This document shows, piece after piece, positions 20,643-30,979 of a stretch of DNA of 64,000 nucleotides. Where the stretch lies: positions 96,001 through 160,000 of IMG/VR virus record IMGVR_UViG_3300037247_001890, one strand, 5' to 3'. The translations under genes were made by a program, and so were the position numbers. Within the stretch, counting starts at the first letter, position 1. The number at the start of each line of letters is the position of its first letter. The DNA comes from a virus. A model generated the notes under the pieces. That model saw only the letters and a list, made by a program, of their open reading frames with translations. It did not search any database and was not told where the DNA came from.

Positions 20643-21563
20643 GCGTGTACTTGTTGGAAATGCTATTGCTGATTGTACTAATTGTAAAACATTTAAATAA
20701 GTAGTTTCTGTATCAGCATATTTTTTGCTTATTTTTGTTTCCAGATCTGCTAAATCATCCTTGCTTAGACCTGAAACAACTCCTTTTTCATACTGATCAT
20801 GTAGTATTTTCAAAGAATTTTCCTGATCTTGAAGAGATTTCATTCCTATATCAAACAATTCTCTTTGTTTTTTGGTCATAAATAATTTAATATTAAGAAA
20901 GGTATTACTTACACCTTCGAGTTTGTGTTTTTTAACAATCATATTAAAAGAAAAGGCGGCTGTAAAAGGTTGACGAGAATCTGTTTGAATTGACAAATTC
21001 ACCGGATAACCATATATAATGGTCTTTTTGAAAGCTATTGCAGCTATCTTATTATTTTCTATTAGCTTCGTACCTCTGATTTCAGTTTCCCATAATTGCC
21101 TAAATTCATTTGCCCAACTGGTTTTATCATCAGGCTCAACTCCTGGACGAGTCTCATCTTTGTGCTCGGAATCAATTAAAAAACCTGAAAAACTGTATAT
21201 AGGAGTTTTTTTGTCGAAAAAAAATAGGGCAGGATCCCCAAAAGTCTCAAATATTTGAAACTTCTCTCTTCGATCTTCCTGAACACTGGTCAATATAAAG
21301 TTAGTAAAAGATTGAGGTATAGCTTTTTCTGTATTACCTTCCGTAATGTTAGGTAATATGAAAATAGTCGCCGGCAATTCATTGTCAAAATCAAAACTGT
21401 GAATTCTATTCCTCTGCAATTTATTGAGTGACACCATACCCAAAAATTCCTGCATTCTTGATGTATGGCTTTCATAGGAAGTGATATCAGTCCCTATTGG
21501 AATATTCGGATTTTTCTCTAAGTCTGCCAGTTCTTCTGGATTTAATTCATTCCCGTTTGGCAT
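20634..21563 (-). CDS. Tail tube initiator/hub-associated protein (putative)
   Basis: FTNFILTSVQEDRREKFQIFETFG...YSFSGFL...GYPVNLSI...FSFNMIV beta-rich tube-like pattern; position after the hub gene. Confidence 0.45.
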   Translation of the reverse strand: MPNGNELNPEELADLEKNPNIPIGTDITSYESHTSRMQEFLGMVSLNKLQRNRIHSFDFDNELPATIFILPNITEGNTEKAIPQSFTNFILTSVQEDRREKFQIFETFGDPALFFFDKKTPIYSFSGFLIDSEHKDETRPGVEPDDKTSWANEFRQLWETEIRGTKLIENNKIAAIAFKKTIIYGYPVNLSIQTDSRQPFTAAFSFNMIVKKHKLEGVSNTFLNIKLFMTKKQRELFDIGMKSLQDQENSLKILHDQYEKGVVSGLSKDDLADLETKISKKYADTETTYLNVLQLVQSAIAFPTSTRLI

Positions 21564-21564
21564 A

Positions 21565-23601
21565 TTATTTAGCCTCTAATACTTTCTGTCTTCTTTCTTT
21601 GACAAATACTTTTGGGATATATGTTAGTTTTCTCTCGATATGGTTATACGTAATATCATCAGTGGTATAAGATTTGTAATCTTTATCTTCAAAATAATTA
21701 GGTTTATCTGAGTCAATTAAAAATTTCCAAAAATCTGTTTCCGTCATCAAATTTCGTCTAGTTTCTTTTTCAATGAATGGATGCTTTTCTTGATACATGT
21801 TATATTTCTTTTTTAAATTATAAATCGATTTAGCTATGATATTTACATTTGTTTTAGAAATATTGGTCTCATCCATTGGAAGATCTCCTGCATGAAAATC
21901 AACTGTGACCTTATCAGTTTTATCTCCCTGGCCTGTGGCTACAGCTTTAACTGCAGGTTTAAGCGTATGACCAATTTGATCTGCTCCATATGTTTCATCT
22001 ATCCAAAAAGGAGTTCCAGGCCATTCATCTACCATTTCATCAAATATGCCCTCTGCTCCCCATGGGTCTACATTTGTTGAGAAATCATATTCCTTATATG
22101 ATCTTGGTGCCATAAACTGTACTGTGGATGTTCCATTACCATTAGCATCTAAACTGGAATTTATGGACACAATTTTCCCAACCACAGAAGGTAGTTCTTT
22201 ATCAAGCACCAAGCCTGGAAATCCAACTAATCTATGTGGTGTATAAGTAGTAGTCACTGAAAAATTTCGCACTGAATATTTCCTTTTCAAGTATTGCCAC
22301 ATATTAACTGCTAAAATATATTGACCCAGCTCATGTGTACGAAACTTATTAAAAAATGCTTTATAAGCCTCATCTGGATTAGTTATATTTCCATTATCAT
22401 TTTTATTAATATATGTACTCCAAAAACTAGTATAAGCTTTTTGTGCATCATTAAATGTATGCATATAAGGATTAATTCCTCGAAGTTTTTCTTCTGGCAT
22501 CATTCCTACAGCAGGAATTAAATTTTTTTCAAACTTTATTTCAAAGAAATCTTTTTGAGGTGCAATAAATTTGGCCTGCATAGTATAAGCAGATACTGAT
22601 TCCGAATGGGGAAGAGCTATTGGTGGAGTACTTGTTACTAATCTTGTAATCTCATTGCTATAATCATGTGAATAACTAGACTGCAAAATCTGATCCGGAA
22701 ATATAGTATTACAACGAAGAGGCATGAAAAACATCGTTTGAGGTACAAACATTATAGAGCGTGGATGATTATTCTCATCCTTAGTAGGGGCTGACGGTTC
22801 TAAATATTCATACTCTATTTTATTCAATAATGTGGCGACTATTTGAGAACCATCTACCGTATTATTTAATTGGTCCAAACTTCTTAATATAATCTCACTA
22901 ACGACTTCGCCTCTTAAAGTAGACAATGCTTTAGTATTATTAAATGCATACATTCTTTCATTTATCCTTAATATATCATGTATCATTCCGTAGTAAGGGT
23001 TAGAATCACTTAAATTATTAACCAATGCTTTAAAAGTTCTGTCTAAAGCCTTGTCTGGCTCATCTCCTAAATCATCTTTTGTAAATATTTGAACAGCTTG
23101 TTTAAGTCTTGCTGTAATATTAGTTCCCGGGAATGTAGATATTAGAAAATTTGCATGATCTTTTGCAGTAGGATCTTCATCATGAACTTGGTATTTCTTT
23201 GATTGTGTCGCTTCTGCACTAGCGCCTACAAGAAGAAAATGCCCTTTCATAAAAGAATCCATGGAAAAATCCACAATACCTTTATAAGTATTTTTCCAAT
23301 TATTTGTTAAACCAACAAACGTTAGTTGACACCCAGCACCAGTTTGACTACGTCCAAAATTAATGGTAGTAAGTTCACCTTCAAAAATTAAATAATAATC
23401 TTCTTCTTCTACTTGTGGTGGTTTCATTTTATAAAATACATGAGCTAAAGTTTTAGGCATCAATCTGCTGAATTCCGCTTTAGGTGGTATGTTTACCATT
23501 GCAATTGGCGCAGAACCTAAACTTTCCTGAATATTTATTGATATAAAATTAACAGGAACGCCTTCTAAATATAATTTTAACTCTATTGATTGGGTTTTCA
23601 T
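21565..23601 (-). CDS. Baseplate hub-like protein (putative)
   Basis: KLYLEGVPV...IFEGEL...YTPHRLVGFPGLV; directly follows the tape measure gene. Confidence 0.5.
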   Translation of the reverse strand: MKTQSIELKLYLEGVPVNFISINIQESLGSAPIAMVNIPPKAEFSRLMPKTLAHVFYKMKPPQVEEEDYYLIFEGELTTINFGRSQTGAGCQLTFVGLTNNWKNTYKGIVDFSMDSFMKGHFLLVGASAEATQSKKYQVHDEDPTAKDHANFLISTFPGTNITARLKQAVQIFTKDDLGDEPDKALDRTFKALVNNLSDSNPYYGMIHDILRINERMYAFNNTKALSTLRGEVVSEIILRSLDQLNNTVDGSQIVATLLNKIEYEYLEPSAPTKDENNHPRSIMFVPQTMFFMPLRCNTIFPDQILQSSYSHDYSNEITRLVTSTPPIALPHSESVSAYTMQAKFIAPQKDFFEIKFEKNLIPAVGMMPEEKLRGINPYMHTFNDAQKAYTSFWSTYINKNDNGNITNPDEAYKAFFNKFRTHELGQYILAVNMWQYLKRKYSVRNFSVTTTYTPHRLVGFPGLVLDKELPSVVGKIVSINSSLDANGNGTSTVQFMAPRSYKEYDFSTNVDPWGAEGIFDEMVDEWPGTPFWIDETYGADQIGHTLKPAVKAVATGQGDKTDKVTVDFHAGDLPMDETNISKTNVNIIAKSIYNLKKKYNMYQEKHPFIEKETRRNLMTETDFWKFLIDSDKPNYFEDKDYKSYTTDDITYNHIERKLTYIPKVFVKERRQKVLEAK

Positions 23602-23602
23602 T

Positions 23603-26600
23603 TTATCCTACTGATTCACCCTCTTCATTTACTTGAAGTACTCTCATATAGGAATTAGTACCAGCGTTTATAACACTTGTGATTGCTTCCGACATAAGTA
23701 CGATACTCTTGTCAGCGGCTACTCTCATAGATGCTTCGTCAAAAACAGTACCTCCCGCTTCATTTGTTCTTTCGAATCCTTTAAATCTAGTGTCCATACT
23801 TTTGGCAAAAAATTCCCCGTATTTTTGTCCTGCTTTTTGTCGGGCTAGCATTTCTTCTTTAGTAGTTTCTAATAGATAGGCTGTCACATCAGCAGGTCCT
23901 ACATCTGCCAGTTCTAGGTCTCCTTCATCTGCAATTTTTTGCCGCATTGTCTCATAATCTTCTCCTTCTTCTCTTTTCAAGCCCATACCTTGACCAATTA
24001 TTGCAGATATAGCTTCCTCAGGCATACCCATTATCGCCACTTCTAGTTGTTTTTGTCCCTCTTTTCCGTATACTTTTTTCCATGGTTTAGTCCATTCTAA
24101 AACCCTTCTCTTAACGAATACATCTCGAGTTTCTCCGGGTCTTTTCCTTTCTGTATATTCTCCCGCAGCCATATAAGCTAATCTTGCTAAATTAGCTTGA
24201 ACTCCTTCTCTGGTCACATCAGGACCAAGAGCTTGAGCAATTTCTGTTATAGCCCCACTTGCCTCAGATTCAAATCCAAGCCAGTCTAAAATGTTTTTAC
24301 CTGTACCTACAAGAGGAGCTAGTGGTCCTAAAAGAGTCTTTGTAATAAAACTTCCTGGATCAAACATTTCACCTATATCGAATGATTCTCTTCCCATATT
24401 TTCTAAATATTCTTCTACTCGTATCCTTCCTTCCTTAACATCTAATTCGCTAATTCCAACTTGTTCTAATATACGTTTTCTGTCCGCGCCTAAAGATCCT
24501 ATACCACCAGCGGCTAATCCACGTTGTCTCCTTTCTTCTTCAGTACGTGCAATAAATCTATATTTTCCTACTTTTAATTGTGAATCTCCCATGTCTTTAA
24601 TAATTTGTGCATCAACTTGTGCTAATTGTTCCTCATTCATAGTCATCAAAACATTATGTCGTTCGGCATAATCACCACTAAGTTGATATGCAAGTTCTAA
24701 TCCCGCTAATTTAGTAGTTCTCATAGCAAATGCTCCCTGGGTTATATCATATGTGAACCTTCCAAATGCTTCTCCACCAACTCTCATTCCTTGTTCAATT
24801 CCTGTATACAGTTTTTCAGCTCTTCCTGTAATTGGTTTCCATACTTCACTTTCAACCAATGCTCCGACTTCTCGCAGCCACTTACCGGCGGGAGTTTCTC
24901 CTTCTTCTGCCCGTTGGCGTAGTGCCTCTGCTGCTACAGCATTATTTTTATCGGCCATGCTAGTGAGATTATTTGCCCAGTAATCGCGAGTTGCAACTAA
25001 TCCCTTGGCCTCCTGCATACCAAGTCCTTGTGTAATATAAAAATCAAGCAAATCTTCACTACCAATTTTTTGCCCACCTACCATCTGTGCCCGTTGTAAC
25101 CACATTTTTGCTCTCTCTGCATTCAGTAACTCTGGGCCCATTGCATCTACGAAACGTCGTTGTCCCCCAACTAACCGAATAAGATCCATTGGAGTCCTGA
25201 TTGCGCCAGCAGTAGCAGCAAGTTGTTCACCTATTCCCATTCCAGCTACTCCTTCTACTCCCCCACCGCCAAGTTGTGCTGCCATTAATGCCCCATGACC
25301 AACAATACCAATAGGACTACCAGCATAATTCATCGCAGATCGCGCCATATTTAAACTAATATTCTCAGCTCCGCCAAACTGTCTCAAATCTTCATCAGAA
25401 ATAATTCCTGCTCCTGCCATATTCCTAACATCTTGTAGCAGTCTTCCAGCACCATAAGCAAAACCTTTCAATTCATATCCAGTGCCTTTTACCATTTCTG
25501 CAGATTTCATCATAAAACTTGCAGCCTCTGTACGGGTTAATCCGGCACGTTCAGATAGTACCCCCACCTCTGCAGAAAATGCTCTGTAATCTTCTACTCC
25601 GAGATCTCTCGACAATTGACCCATTAATGCTACCGCTTCTTTAGAACTAACGTGCAATGTATGCATCAATTCTCTATGGCCCTCAAAAAGCTGTTTGGTT
25701 TTTTCTTTGTAGTCTTGTGCAGTTCTTACATAATCAAATCCTCCAGCCTCAGTAAATGTGCCCAGCATTTCATCTATTTCTGAACGACCATAGCCTCTAG
25801 CAGCAATATCTGGTTGATCAGGAAGTTCTCTTAAATATTCTCCCAATCCTTCGGCATCTTCTCTATTAAATTGACCGCTCAAGAATCTCCAACTGGTACC
25901 GCGCACATATTTTTCTAAAGCTCTTTGATGTCGTAGTTCAGATGTAAATGGATATAAAGCTGCTTTGGCACCTAATGCTACAGCAGGTATGGCAGCTGCT
26001 GTCCACCCAATCGGGCCAGCTCCAAATGCTGCAGCCGCGGCAAAGCCAAGCGCGACTCCACCAGCCTCACCCCAACTAGGTTCCATGAAATCTTCCATAG
26101 CTTGATTTCTATAAGCCCTGGTATATTCTTTTTTGGACATTGGCATCGTGGGGGAATATCCTACACCCATTCCTCCTGTAATATCGCCTAGCCAATCATC
26201 CTGCTTTATTTGTTGCATGAGTTCGCCATATGCCATAGGTTGTGGAGCCCCACGCATGCCGCCGGTCATAAGACCAGCCATTTCTAAATCACGTGTAAAT
26301 TTAGAATACCCTAATCGGCCTGTTTCACGAATACTATTGAATATATTTTGAACATCACCAAAAGTACTTCGAGCCATCTGCACGCCTTCCCGGGCAGATG
26401 TCATGGCCGTAGTGAGGCTTTCAGGAACTCCAAAGCTTATTGGTGCAGCGCCTGTAAGATTTGTCAAAGCAGAACTTTGAAATAATTCTCTGAAAGGATA
26501 AATATCTGGTCCTGCCGCATTAAAAGCTTGCGCCCCAAATGCCACATCCATTGCGTTTTTTACTTCCGAAAGCTTTTGAGCCACTTCGGAAGTATCAAAC

Positions 26601-26632
26601 GTGACTTTATATTCTAAAGGCTCTGTTGCCAT
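23603..26632 (-). CDS. Tape measure protein (putative)
   Basis: 1009 aa, Ala/Gly/Met-rich and helical with a hydrophobic stretch; immediately downstream of a frameshifting chaperone pair. Confidence 0.7.
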   Translation of the reverse strand: MATEPLEYKVTFDTSEVAQKLSEVKNAMDVAFGAQAFNAAGPDIYPFRELFQSSALTNLTGAAPISFGVPESLTTAMTSAREGVQMARSTFGDVQNIFNSIRETGRLGYSKFTRDLEMAGLMTGGMRGAPQPMAYGELMQQIKQDDWLGDITGGMGVGYSPTMPMSKKEYTRAYRNQAMEDFMEPSWGEAGGVALGFAAAAAFGAGPIGWTAAAIPAVALGAKAALYPFTSELRHQRALEKYVRGTSWRFLSGQFNREDAEGLGEYLRELPDQPDIAARGYGRSEIDEMLGTFTEAGGFDYVRTAQDYKEKTKQLFEGHRELMHTLHVSSKEAVALMGQLSRDLGVEDYRAFSAEVGVLSERAGLTRTEAASFMMKSAEMVKGTGYELKGFAYGAGRLLQDVRNMAGAGIISDEDLRQFGGAENISLNMARSAMNYAGSPIGIVGHGALMAAQLGGGGVEGVAGMGIGEQLAATAGAIRTPMDLIRLVGGQRRFVDAMGPELLNAERAKMWLQRAQMVGGQKIGSEDLLDFYITQGLGMQEAKGLVATRDYWANNLTSMADKNNAVAAEALRQRAEEGETPAGKWLREVGALVESEVWKPITGRAEKLYTGIEQGMRVGGEAFGRFTYDITQGAFAMRTTKLAGLELAYQLSGDYAERHNVLMTMNEEQLAQVDAQIIKDMGDSQLKVGKYRFIARTEEERRQRGLAAGGIGSLGADRKRILEQVGISELDVKEGRIRVEEYLENMGRESFDIGEMFDPGSFITKTLLGPLAPLVGTGKNILDWLGFESEASGAITEIAQALGPDVTREGVQANLARLAYMAAGEYTERKRPGETRDVFVKRRVLEWTKPWKKVYGKEGQKQLEVAIMGMPEEAISAIIGQGMGLKREEGEDYETMRQKIADEGDLELADVGPADVTAYLLETTKEEMLARQKAGQKYGEFFAKSMDTRFKGFERTNEAGGTVFDEASMRVAADKSIVLMSEAITSVINAGTNSYMRVLQVNEEGESVG

Positions 26633-27042
26633 TAATTAATTTTACCCCAGTTTTTTGTTGTAAGTGTTTTGGAGATGTTGTCTTTATATTTTCTTCCAAG
26701 CTGTAATTTTTTACCACCAAGTAAATCATCCATCGTCTTCCCACTCAAATCCTTTGCTTGTTTTTTGAACGAACGTTCAAATTTCTTTCTATCAGCGATT
26801 TTAGTAGGGTTGATGAGGTTTTGGTATTCACCTAAAAGGTTATTGTACTCATTTACCTGGCTTCTTTTATCTTCCGGATTTTCTGTGCTAGAGGCAAACA
26901 AGGCTTTTGAAATAAGAAAAGTTTCCATGGATCGAATTTTATTTGCCCTATCTTTCATAAAAATAAGAGCCATTTCCTTAGCACTTCCAATCTCTACCTC
27001 TCGCGGACTCCCGGGCGACGAGAGATTTATCCCATCCAACAT
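26632..27042 (-). CDS. Tail assembly chaperone, T-like downstream frame (probably made as a G-T fusion)
   Basis: In the -1 frame relative to 27048-27437 and open back to the slippery site. Confidence 0.65.
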   Translation of the reverse strand: MLDGINLSSPGSPREVEIGSAKEMALIFMKDRANKIRSMETFLISKALFASSTENPEDKRSQVNEYNNLLGEYQNLINPTKIADRKKFERSFKKQAKDLSGKTMDDLLGGKKLQLGRKYKDNISKTLTTKNWGKIN

Positions 27043-27047
27043 TAATT

Positions 27048-27437
27048 CTAGTCGGAGTCTGCTGACTGGGTCTCCGGTAAATTTTCTAATTCTTCCGGAT
27101 TTACACTATCTTTACACTGTTTGTAAAAATCTTTCTGTGACTCAGCAATGAGATCTATAATAGTTGTATCCAGATTTTCTATAAATTCTAATTTTTCTTC
27201 TGGACTTTTGTCTTTAAATTTGTTATCTTGATATGATACCAAACCATAAGCGAGCATGCGTAGAGTAAAATTATGTACCACAAACACAGGAGTTCCTGTA
27301 ACATCCTGCATCCATTTTTCTATAATAAGTTGTTCTTTTCCACTAAGAGTCTTCAGAGTGAATTTAAGTTTACCTTTCAGCAAGTCAAGATCTTTCTGTG
27401 CCACTCCGTTTAAAATCAGTTGTTCTAATATTTCCAT
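27048..27437 (-). CDS. Tail assembly chaperone (gpG-like)
   Basis: FTLKTLSGKEQL pattern; position upstream of the tape measure gene; contains A-AAT-TTA near its 3' end. Confidence 0.65.
   Translation of the reverse strand: MEILEQLILNGVAQKDLDLLKGKLKFTLKTLSGKEQLIIEKWMQDVTGTPVFVVHNFTLRMLAYGLVSYQDNKFKDKSPEEKLEFIENLDTTIIDLIAESQKDFYKQCKDSVNPEELENLPETQSADSD
27078..27084 (-). promoter_or_regulatory. Programmed -1 ribosomal frameshift heptamer A AAT TTA
   Basis: X XXY YYZ in the correct phase; the -1 frame reads FTGDPVSRLRLELMLDG into 26632-27042 with no stop. Confidence 0.75.
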
Positions 27438-27472
27438 AATATTCTATTGGTTTTATGTTTACGTTATAACTA

Positions 27473-27501
27473 AATATACAAATATATCAAACACATGTCA
27501 A
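27473..27501 (-). promoter_or_regulatory. Sigma70-type promoter TTGACA-17-TATATT driving the leftward tail operon
   Basis: Consensus -35 box and 17-nt spacer in the divergent intergenic region. Confidence 0.7.
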
Positions 27502-27574
27502 GATATCACTCTTATTATGGAATAAGAATTCAGGATTATAGATATATCCCCAACATTTTATATAAGGAATAAAA

Positions 27575-27958
27575 ATGATAGTAATATATTCAGATGGTGG
27601 TTCTTATAACAATCAACATGGAGATAAAAGAGACGCATACGGATCTTTTATGGTTGAAACCGAGAAAAAACAACACCGTTTTAAGTACGGCAATAAAACA
27701 AACAACGAGGCAGAATATTTAACTCTGATAAAAGCATTATATTATATAAAGAATAAAAGAACTGAGAAAGAATTTGTATTATTTACGGATTCTCAGTTGA
27801 TAACAAAACAATTAGATGATACGTGGAGATGTAAAAATGAGAAATTACAGCCATTGTATCAAGAAGCGAAAGATTTAATCAATTCTATAAATAGCGGAAA
27901 ACAAATTGTAATTGCTTGGACAAACAATAAAAAAATGAAAAAAATATTAGGTCACTAA
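27575..27958 (+). CDS. rnhA: Ribonuclease HI family protein
   Basis: IYSDGGS, TNNEAEY.TLI.AL, FTDSQLI..QL...WRCKNEKL. Confidence 0.85.
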   Translation: MIVIYSDGGSYNNQHGDKRDAYGSFMVETEKKQHRFKYGNKTNNEAEYLTLIKALYYIKNKRTEKEFVLFTDSQLITKQLDDTWRCKNEKLQPLYQEAKDLINSINSGKQIVIAWTNNKKMKKILGH

Positions 27959-27960
27959 AG

Positions 27961-29358
27961 ATGCCTTTAATAGTAATAAAAAATCAAGCAACTGTGGCTG
28001 GAATTAACGATACACAAAAAAGCATCATCAAAGAAAAATTGACGATACCAAATCCCAGATATGTACAAGTAATTAATCTTGGGAAATCATCATTTGGCAT
28101 AGCTAAGGACATTACTTTTTATGATAAACGTCCCGATAGTCTAATTGTCCCTGTAGGATTCGTGCCAACGCTTTTAAAATTTATCCCGATAAAACCGGGA
28201 GATTTAATAGATGCTAGATTTGAAGCTCCTCCTATTGTCAATTGGAAGTTTAAAGGTAAATTATTAGCCTATCAAGAAAAAGCTGTGACTGCTATGACTG
28301 ACAAAACTATAGGCGTAATACAAGCGCCGACTGGGTCAGGCAAGACGGTAATGATTGTTAATCATGTCATACGCAGAAAACAACCTACTTTGGTCATGGT
28401 TAACACAATAGAGTTGGCTAATCAAATGATTAAAAATTTCGCCAAGTTTACTAATAAGAAAGAAGACGATATAGGTTTCATCGGGAGCGGAATATGGAAA
28501 ATAAGAGGAGTGACTATCACAATATTGCAAACCATGATTCGCCTTAGTAAAACAGAATTTCGTTTTCTTAATAACAGTTTTGGACAAGTTATAGTTGATG
28601 AAGTTCACATTATACCGGCAGTTACTTTCTATGACGTGATAACGAGATTAGATGCTAAATATAAATTTGGGTTTAGCGCGACGCCCGAAAGAGATGATGG
28701 CCTGACAGATGTGATTCATTTTGCCACAGGACCACAAATACACGAACTTTCATTAAATGATGTAAAAGACAAAATACTTATACCAACAGTAAGAAAAATA
28801 AGTACTAGTTATTATTTCCCCTTATGGAATAGCGATGAATATGCAGCCATGGTGGATGATCTGATAGAAGATGGGCAAAGGAATTCGCTCATACTGGACA
28901 CTGTAAATGAGTACAAAGGAAAACAAATGGTAGTGCTTACAACAAGAGTTAAACATGCTACCTTTCTAACAGAACAACTTAACAAAAGAGGTCACAAAGC
29001 AGAATACCTGGTATCAAGATTACCGCATCCTACAAAGCATGGTAAGTTTAAAGCTATGCCTAAAAAGCAACGAGCGGCCGTAATAGAAAATTTAAACAGC
29101 GGTAAAACAAAAATAGTGGTTTCCACTTTCAGTTTATTTTCAACCGGCATTGATATCATTAATTTAGAAGTATTGTTTCTAGCTGGTCCTACACGGTCCA
29201 AAATTAAACTTAAACAATCAATAGGGCGCATTATGAGAAAGGCAACTATTAAAAAAACCCCAGAGATCGTTGACTTTCAAGACAAGCAAATTGATTTATT
29301 AAAGCATCAAGCCTATGCCAGAAATAAAATTTATAAATATTTGAAGAATGTGGAATAA
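27961..29358 (+). CDS. SF2 DExH helicase (UvsW/Rad25-like)
   Basis: APTGSGKT, DEVH, SATPER, STGID, QSIGRIMR. Confidence 0.9.
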   Translation: MPLIVIKNQATVAGINDTQKSIIKEKLTIPNPRYVQVINLGKSSFGIAKDITFYDKRPDSLIVPVGFVPTLLKFIPIKPGDLIDARFEAPPIVNWKFKGKLLAYQEKAVTAMTDKTIGVIQAPTGSGKTVMIVNHVIRRKQPTLVMVNTIELANQMIKNFAKFTNKKEDDIGFIGSGIWKIRGVTITILQTMIRLSKTEFRFLNNSFGQVIVDEVHIIPAVTFYDVITRLDAKYKFGFSATPERDDGLTDVIHFATGPQIHELSLNDVKDKILIPTVRKISTSYYFPLWNSDEYAAMVDDLIEDGQRNSLILDTVNEYKGKQMVVLTTRVKHATFLTEQLNKRGHKAEYLVSRLPHPTKHGKFKAMPKKQRAAVIENLNSGKTKIVVSTFSLFSTGIDIINLEVLFLAGPTRSKIKLKQSIGRIMRKATIKKTPEIVDFQDKQIDLLKHQAYARNKIYKYLKNVE

Positions 29359-29373
29359 GAGGAGTATAGAAGC

Positions 29374-29832
29374 ATGATTTTAGAATTCAACCAAATTTCG
29401 AATCCCGAAGAGAGGAAAATTTTAAAAACTCCTGCTGTAAACATTGACGAGGTCACATTATTTTTATTAATTATGGAAGATCTTAGACACACAGCAGAAG
29501 CTAACCAGGGTAAATGCGTCGGTATTGCAGCTAATCAAATATGGAAAGAAGATACTCCTCCACCTGCCATTTTTATTGCAGGATTACATCAAGTAGGCGA
29601 ATGGAAAATATTTATTAATCCCAAAATTAGGGGAACTGGTAAAAAAGTAAAAATGTATGAAAGCTGCATGTCTCTGGCTGGGAGAAAACCTAAACTAAAA
29701 AGAAGGGATAAAAATGTAATAATTACATATATCGATCCAGTAGATCAAACGGAAAAAACAGAGAAATATTTTAGTTCTGATGCTAGAATTATTCAACACG
29801 AATGTGATCATTTAAAAGGTATTTTAATATGA
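29374..29832 (+). CDS. def: Peptide deformylase
   Basis: VGIAANQI, ESCMS, QHECDHLKG. Confidence 0.9.
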   Translation: MILEFNQISNPEERKILKTPAVNIDEVTLFLLIMEDLRHTAEANQGKCVGIAANQIWKEDTPPPAIFIAGLHQVGEWKIFINPKIRGTGKKVKMYESCMSLAGRKPKLKRRDKNVIITYIDPVDQTEKTEKYFSSDARIIQHECDHLKGILI

Positions 29833-30095
29833 TCGAAGAAGAAAAAAGACTCATGCACAGGCAAGTTAAATGCTGTGGTAATTGCTGGTATTTTAGTTAT
29901 TATAGAGGCAAACAACGTCGCGGTGTTTGTTGGCATGGGGAGAAAAAACCGAAAGTCTTTTATTCAAAGGATCTTTATGAAAAATTAGATCCAACACATG
30001 TAACATGTGTGTGTGATAATCATAAGTTTAAATCCAGAAAAGCACTGGAAAAAGTAAGAAATTGGTGTGGGGCTACATATATAGAAGATCTCTAA
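29829..30095 (+). CDS. Small Cys-rich (Zn-binding?) protein
   Basis: CCGNC...C...CVCDNH. Confidence 0.55.
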   Translation: MIEEEKRLMHRQVKCCGNCWYFSYYRGKQRRGVCWHGEKKPKVFYSKDLYEKLDPTHVTCVCDNHKFKSRKALEKVRNWCGATYIEDL

Positions 30096-30107
30096 AAGGA
30101 GGTTAGG

Positions 30108-30530
30108 TTGGAGAAAAGGAACTTGCGCGGCAATTCCATAAGTATGGAAGTAAGGCACCATATAAATAGTTTCTGTAGCATTCGTGATCCCAAGAAAAAA
30201 CTTTACATTATCCAGAAATTATCCAGAACATTAACCAATACGGCGAAAGCAGAACTTGGAAGAAAACCGGAACAAATAAGTTTTTCATCCGTTTTAGGTT
30301 TAGTAAAAGAATATCTTTCCCGGTTACGTATAGGTTTTTGCATACACGATAAAAGACAAGATGGATATGTCCTACTTAATAGCGAGCTATTAACAATGCA
30401 AAAAAATAAAAATTTTCCACAGGATCTGTGTGAAAAGTGCATAACCCCTCGCGTATGCAAACTAAGGTCGACTATAATAAATGAAAAGCAAATAGCAGGG
30501 CTTTTCATAAACGTAAAGAGATTCGCATAA
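30108..30530 (+). CDS. Hypothetical protein
   Basis: TTG start with SD AGGAGG; contains CxxC. Confidence 0.55.
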   Translation: MEKRNLRGNSISMEVRHHINSFCSIRDPKKKLYIIQKLSRTLTNTAKAELGRKPEQISFSSVLGLVKEYLSRLRIGFCIHDKRQDGYVLLNSELLTMQKNKNFPQDLCEKCITPRVCKLRSTIINEKQIAGLFINVKRFA

Positions 30531-30913
30531 TGCACATTGAAATAGGTTTGGCAGTCATTACTTTAATGGCTGCCTTTTTCTACATTAAGCTTTATAAACA
30601 TACAAAGCAATTAAAATTAGATTTAAATATATCGATAGAAGCACGAACCAAATTAATGTTTCAGAAGAAACAATCAGAGATTGTTACTGGGCAGGTAGCA
30701 GAAAAACTAGCCCCATTTTTAAAAGATTTCAAACATGATCCACAAAATATTCAATTTCTAGGGAATCCAATAGATTTTATAGCTTTTGAAGAAAAAGGAA
30801 TTACTCTTATTGAAATTAAATCAGCCAATTCTCGACTGACACAAAAACAAAAAGACATAAAAAATCAGGTAAAAAATAAAAAAATTTTTTGGGAGGAATT
30901 TAGAATTAAATAA
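30530..30913 (+). CDS. Archaeal-type Holliday junction resolvase-like PD-(D/E)xK endonuclease with N-terminal TM
   Basis: GQVAEKLAPFL...FLGNPIDFIAF...IEIKS..RLTQKQ...WEEFRI. Confidence 0.8.
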   Translation: MHIEIGLAVITLMAAFFYIKLYKHTKQLKLDLNISIEARTKLMFQKKQSEIVTGQVAEKLAPFLKDFKHDPQNIQFLGNPIDFIAFEEKGITLIEIKSANSRLTQKQKDIKNQVKNKKIFWEEFRIK

Positions 30914-30914
30914 C

Positions 30915-30943
30915 TTGATTTGTCTAAAAAATTTTCGTAAATT
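30915..30943 (+). promoter_or_regulatory. Sigma70-type promoter TTGATT-17-TAAATT
   Basis: Intergenic, upstream of the primase gene (SD AAGGAG). Confidence 0.6.
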
Positions 30944-30979
30944 TAATCTCCCACCAACCTCAAAACTCAAGGAGAATAA

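Noticed and set aside
6241-27525. Plus-strand ORFs inside the tail block
   Set aside because: Antisense shadows of long, well-supported minus-strand genes, with low-complexity Ser/Ile/Phe-rich translations.
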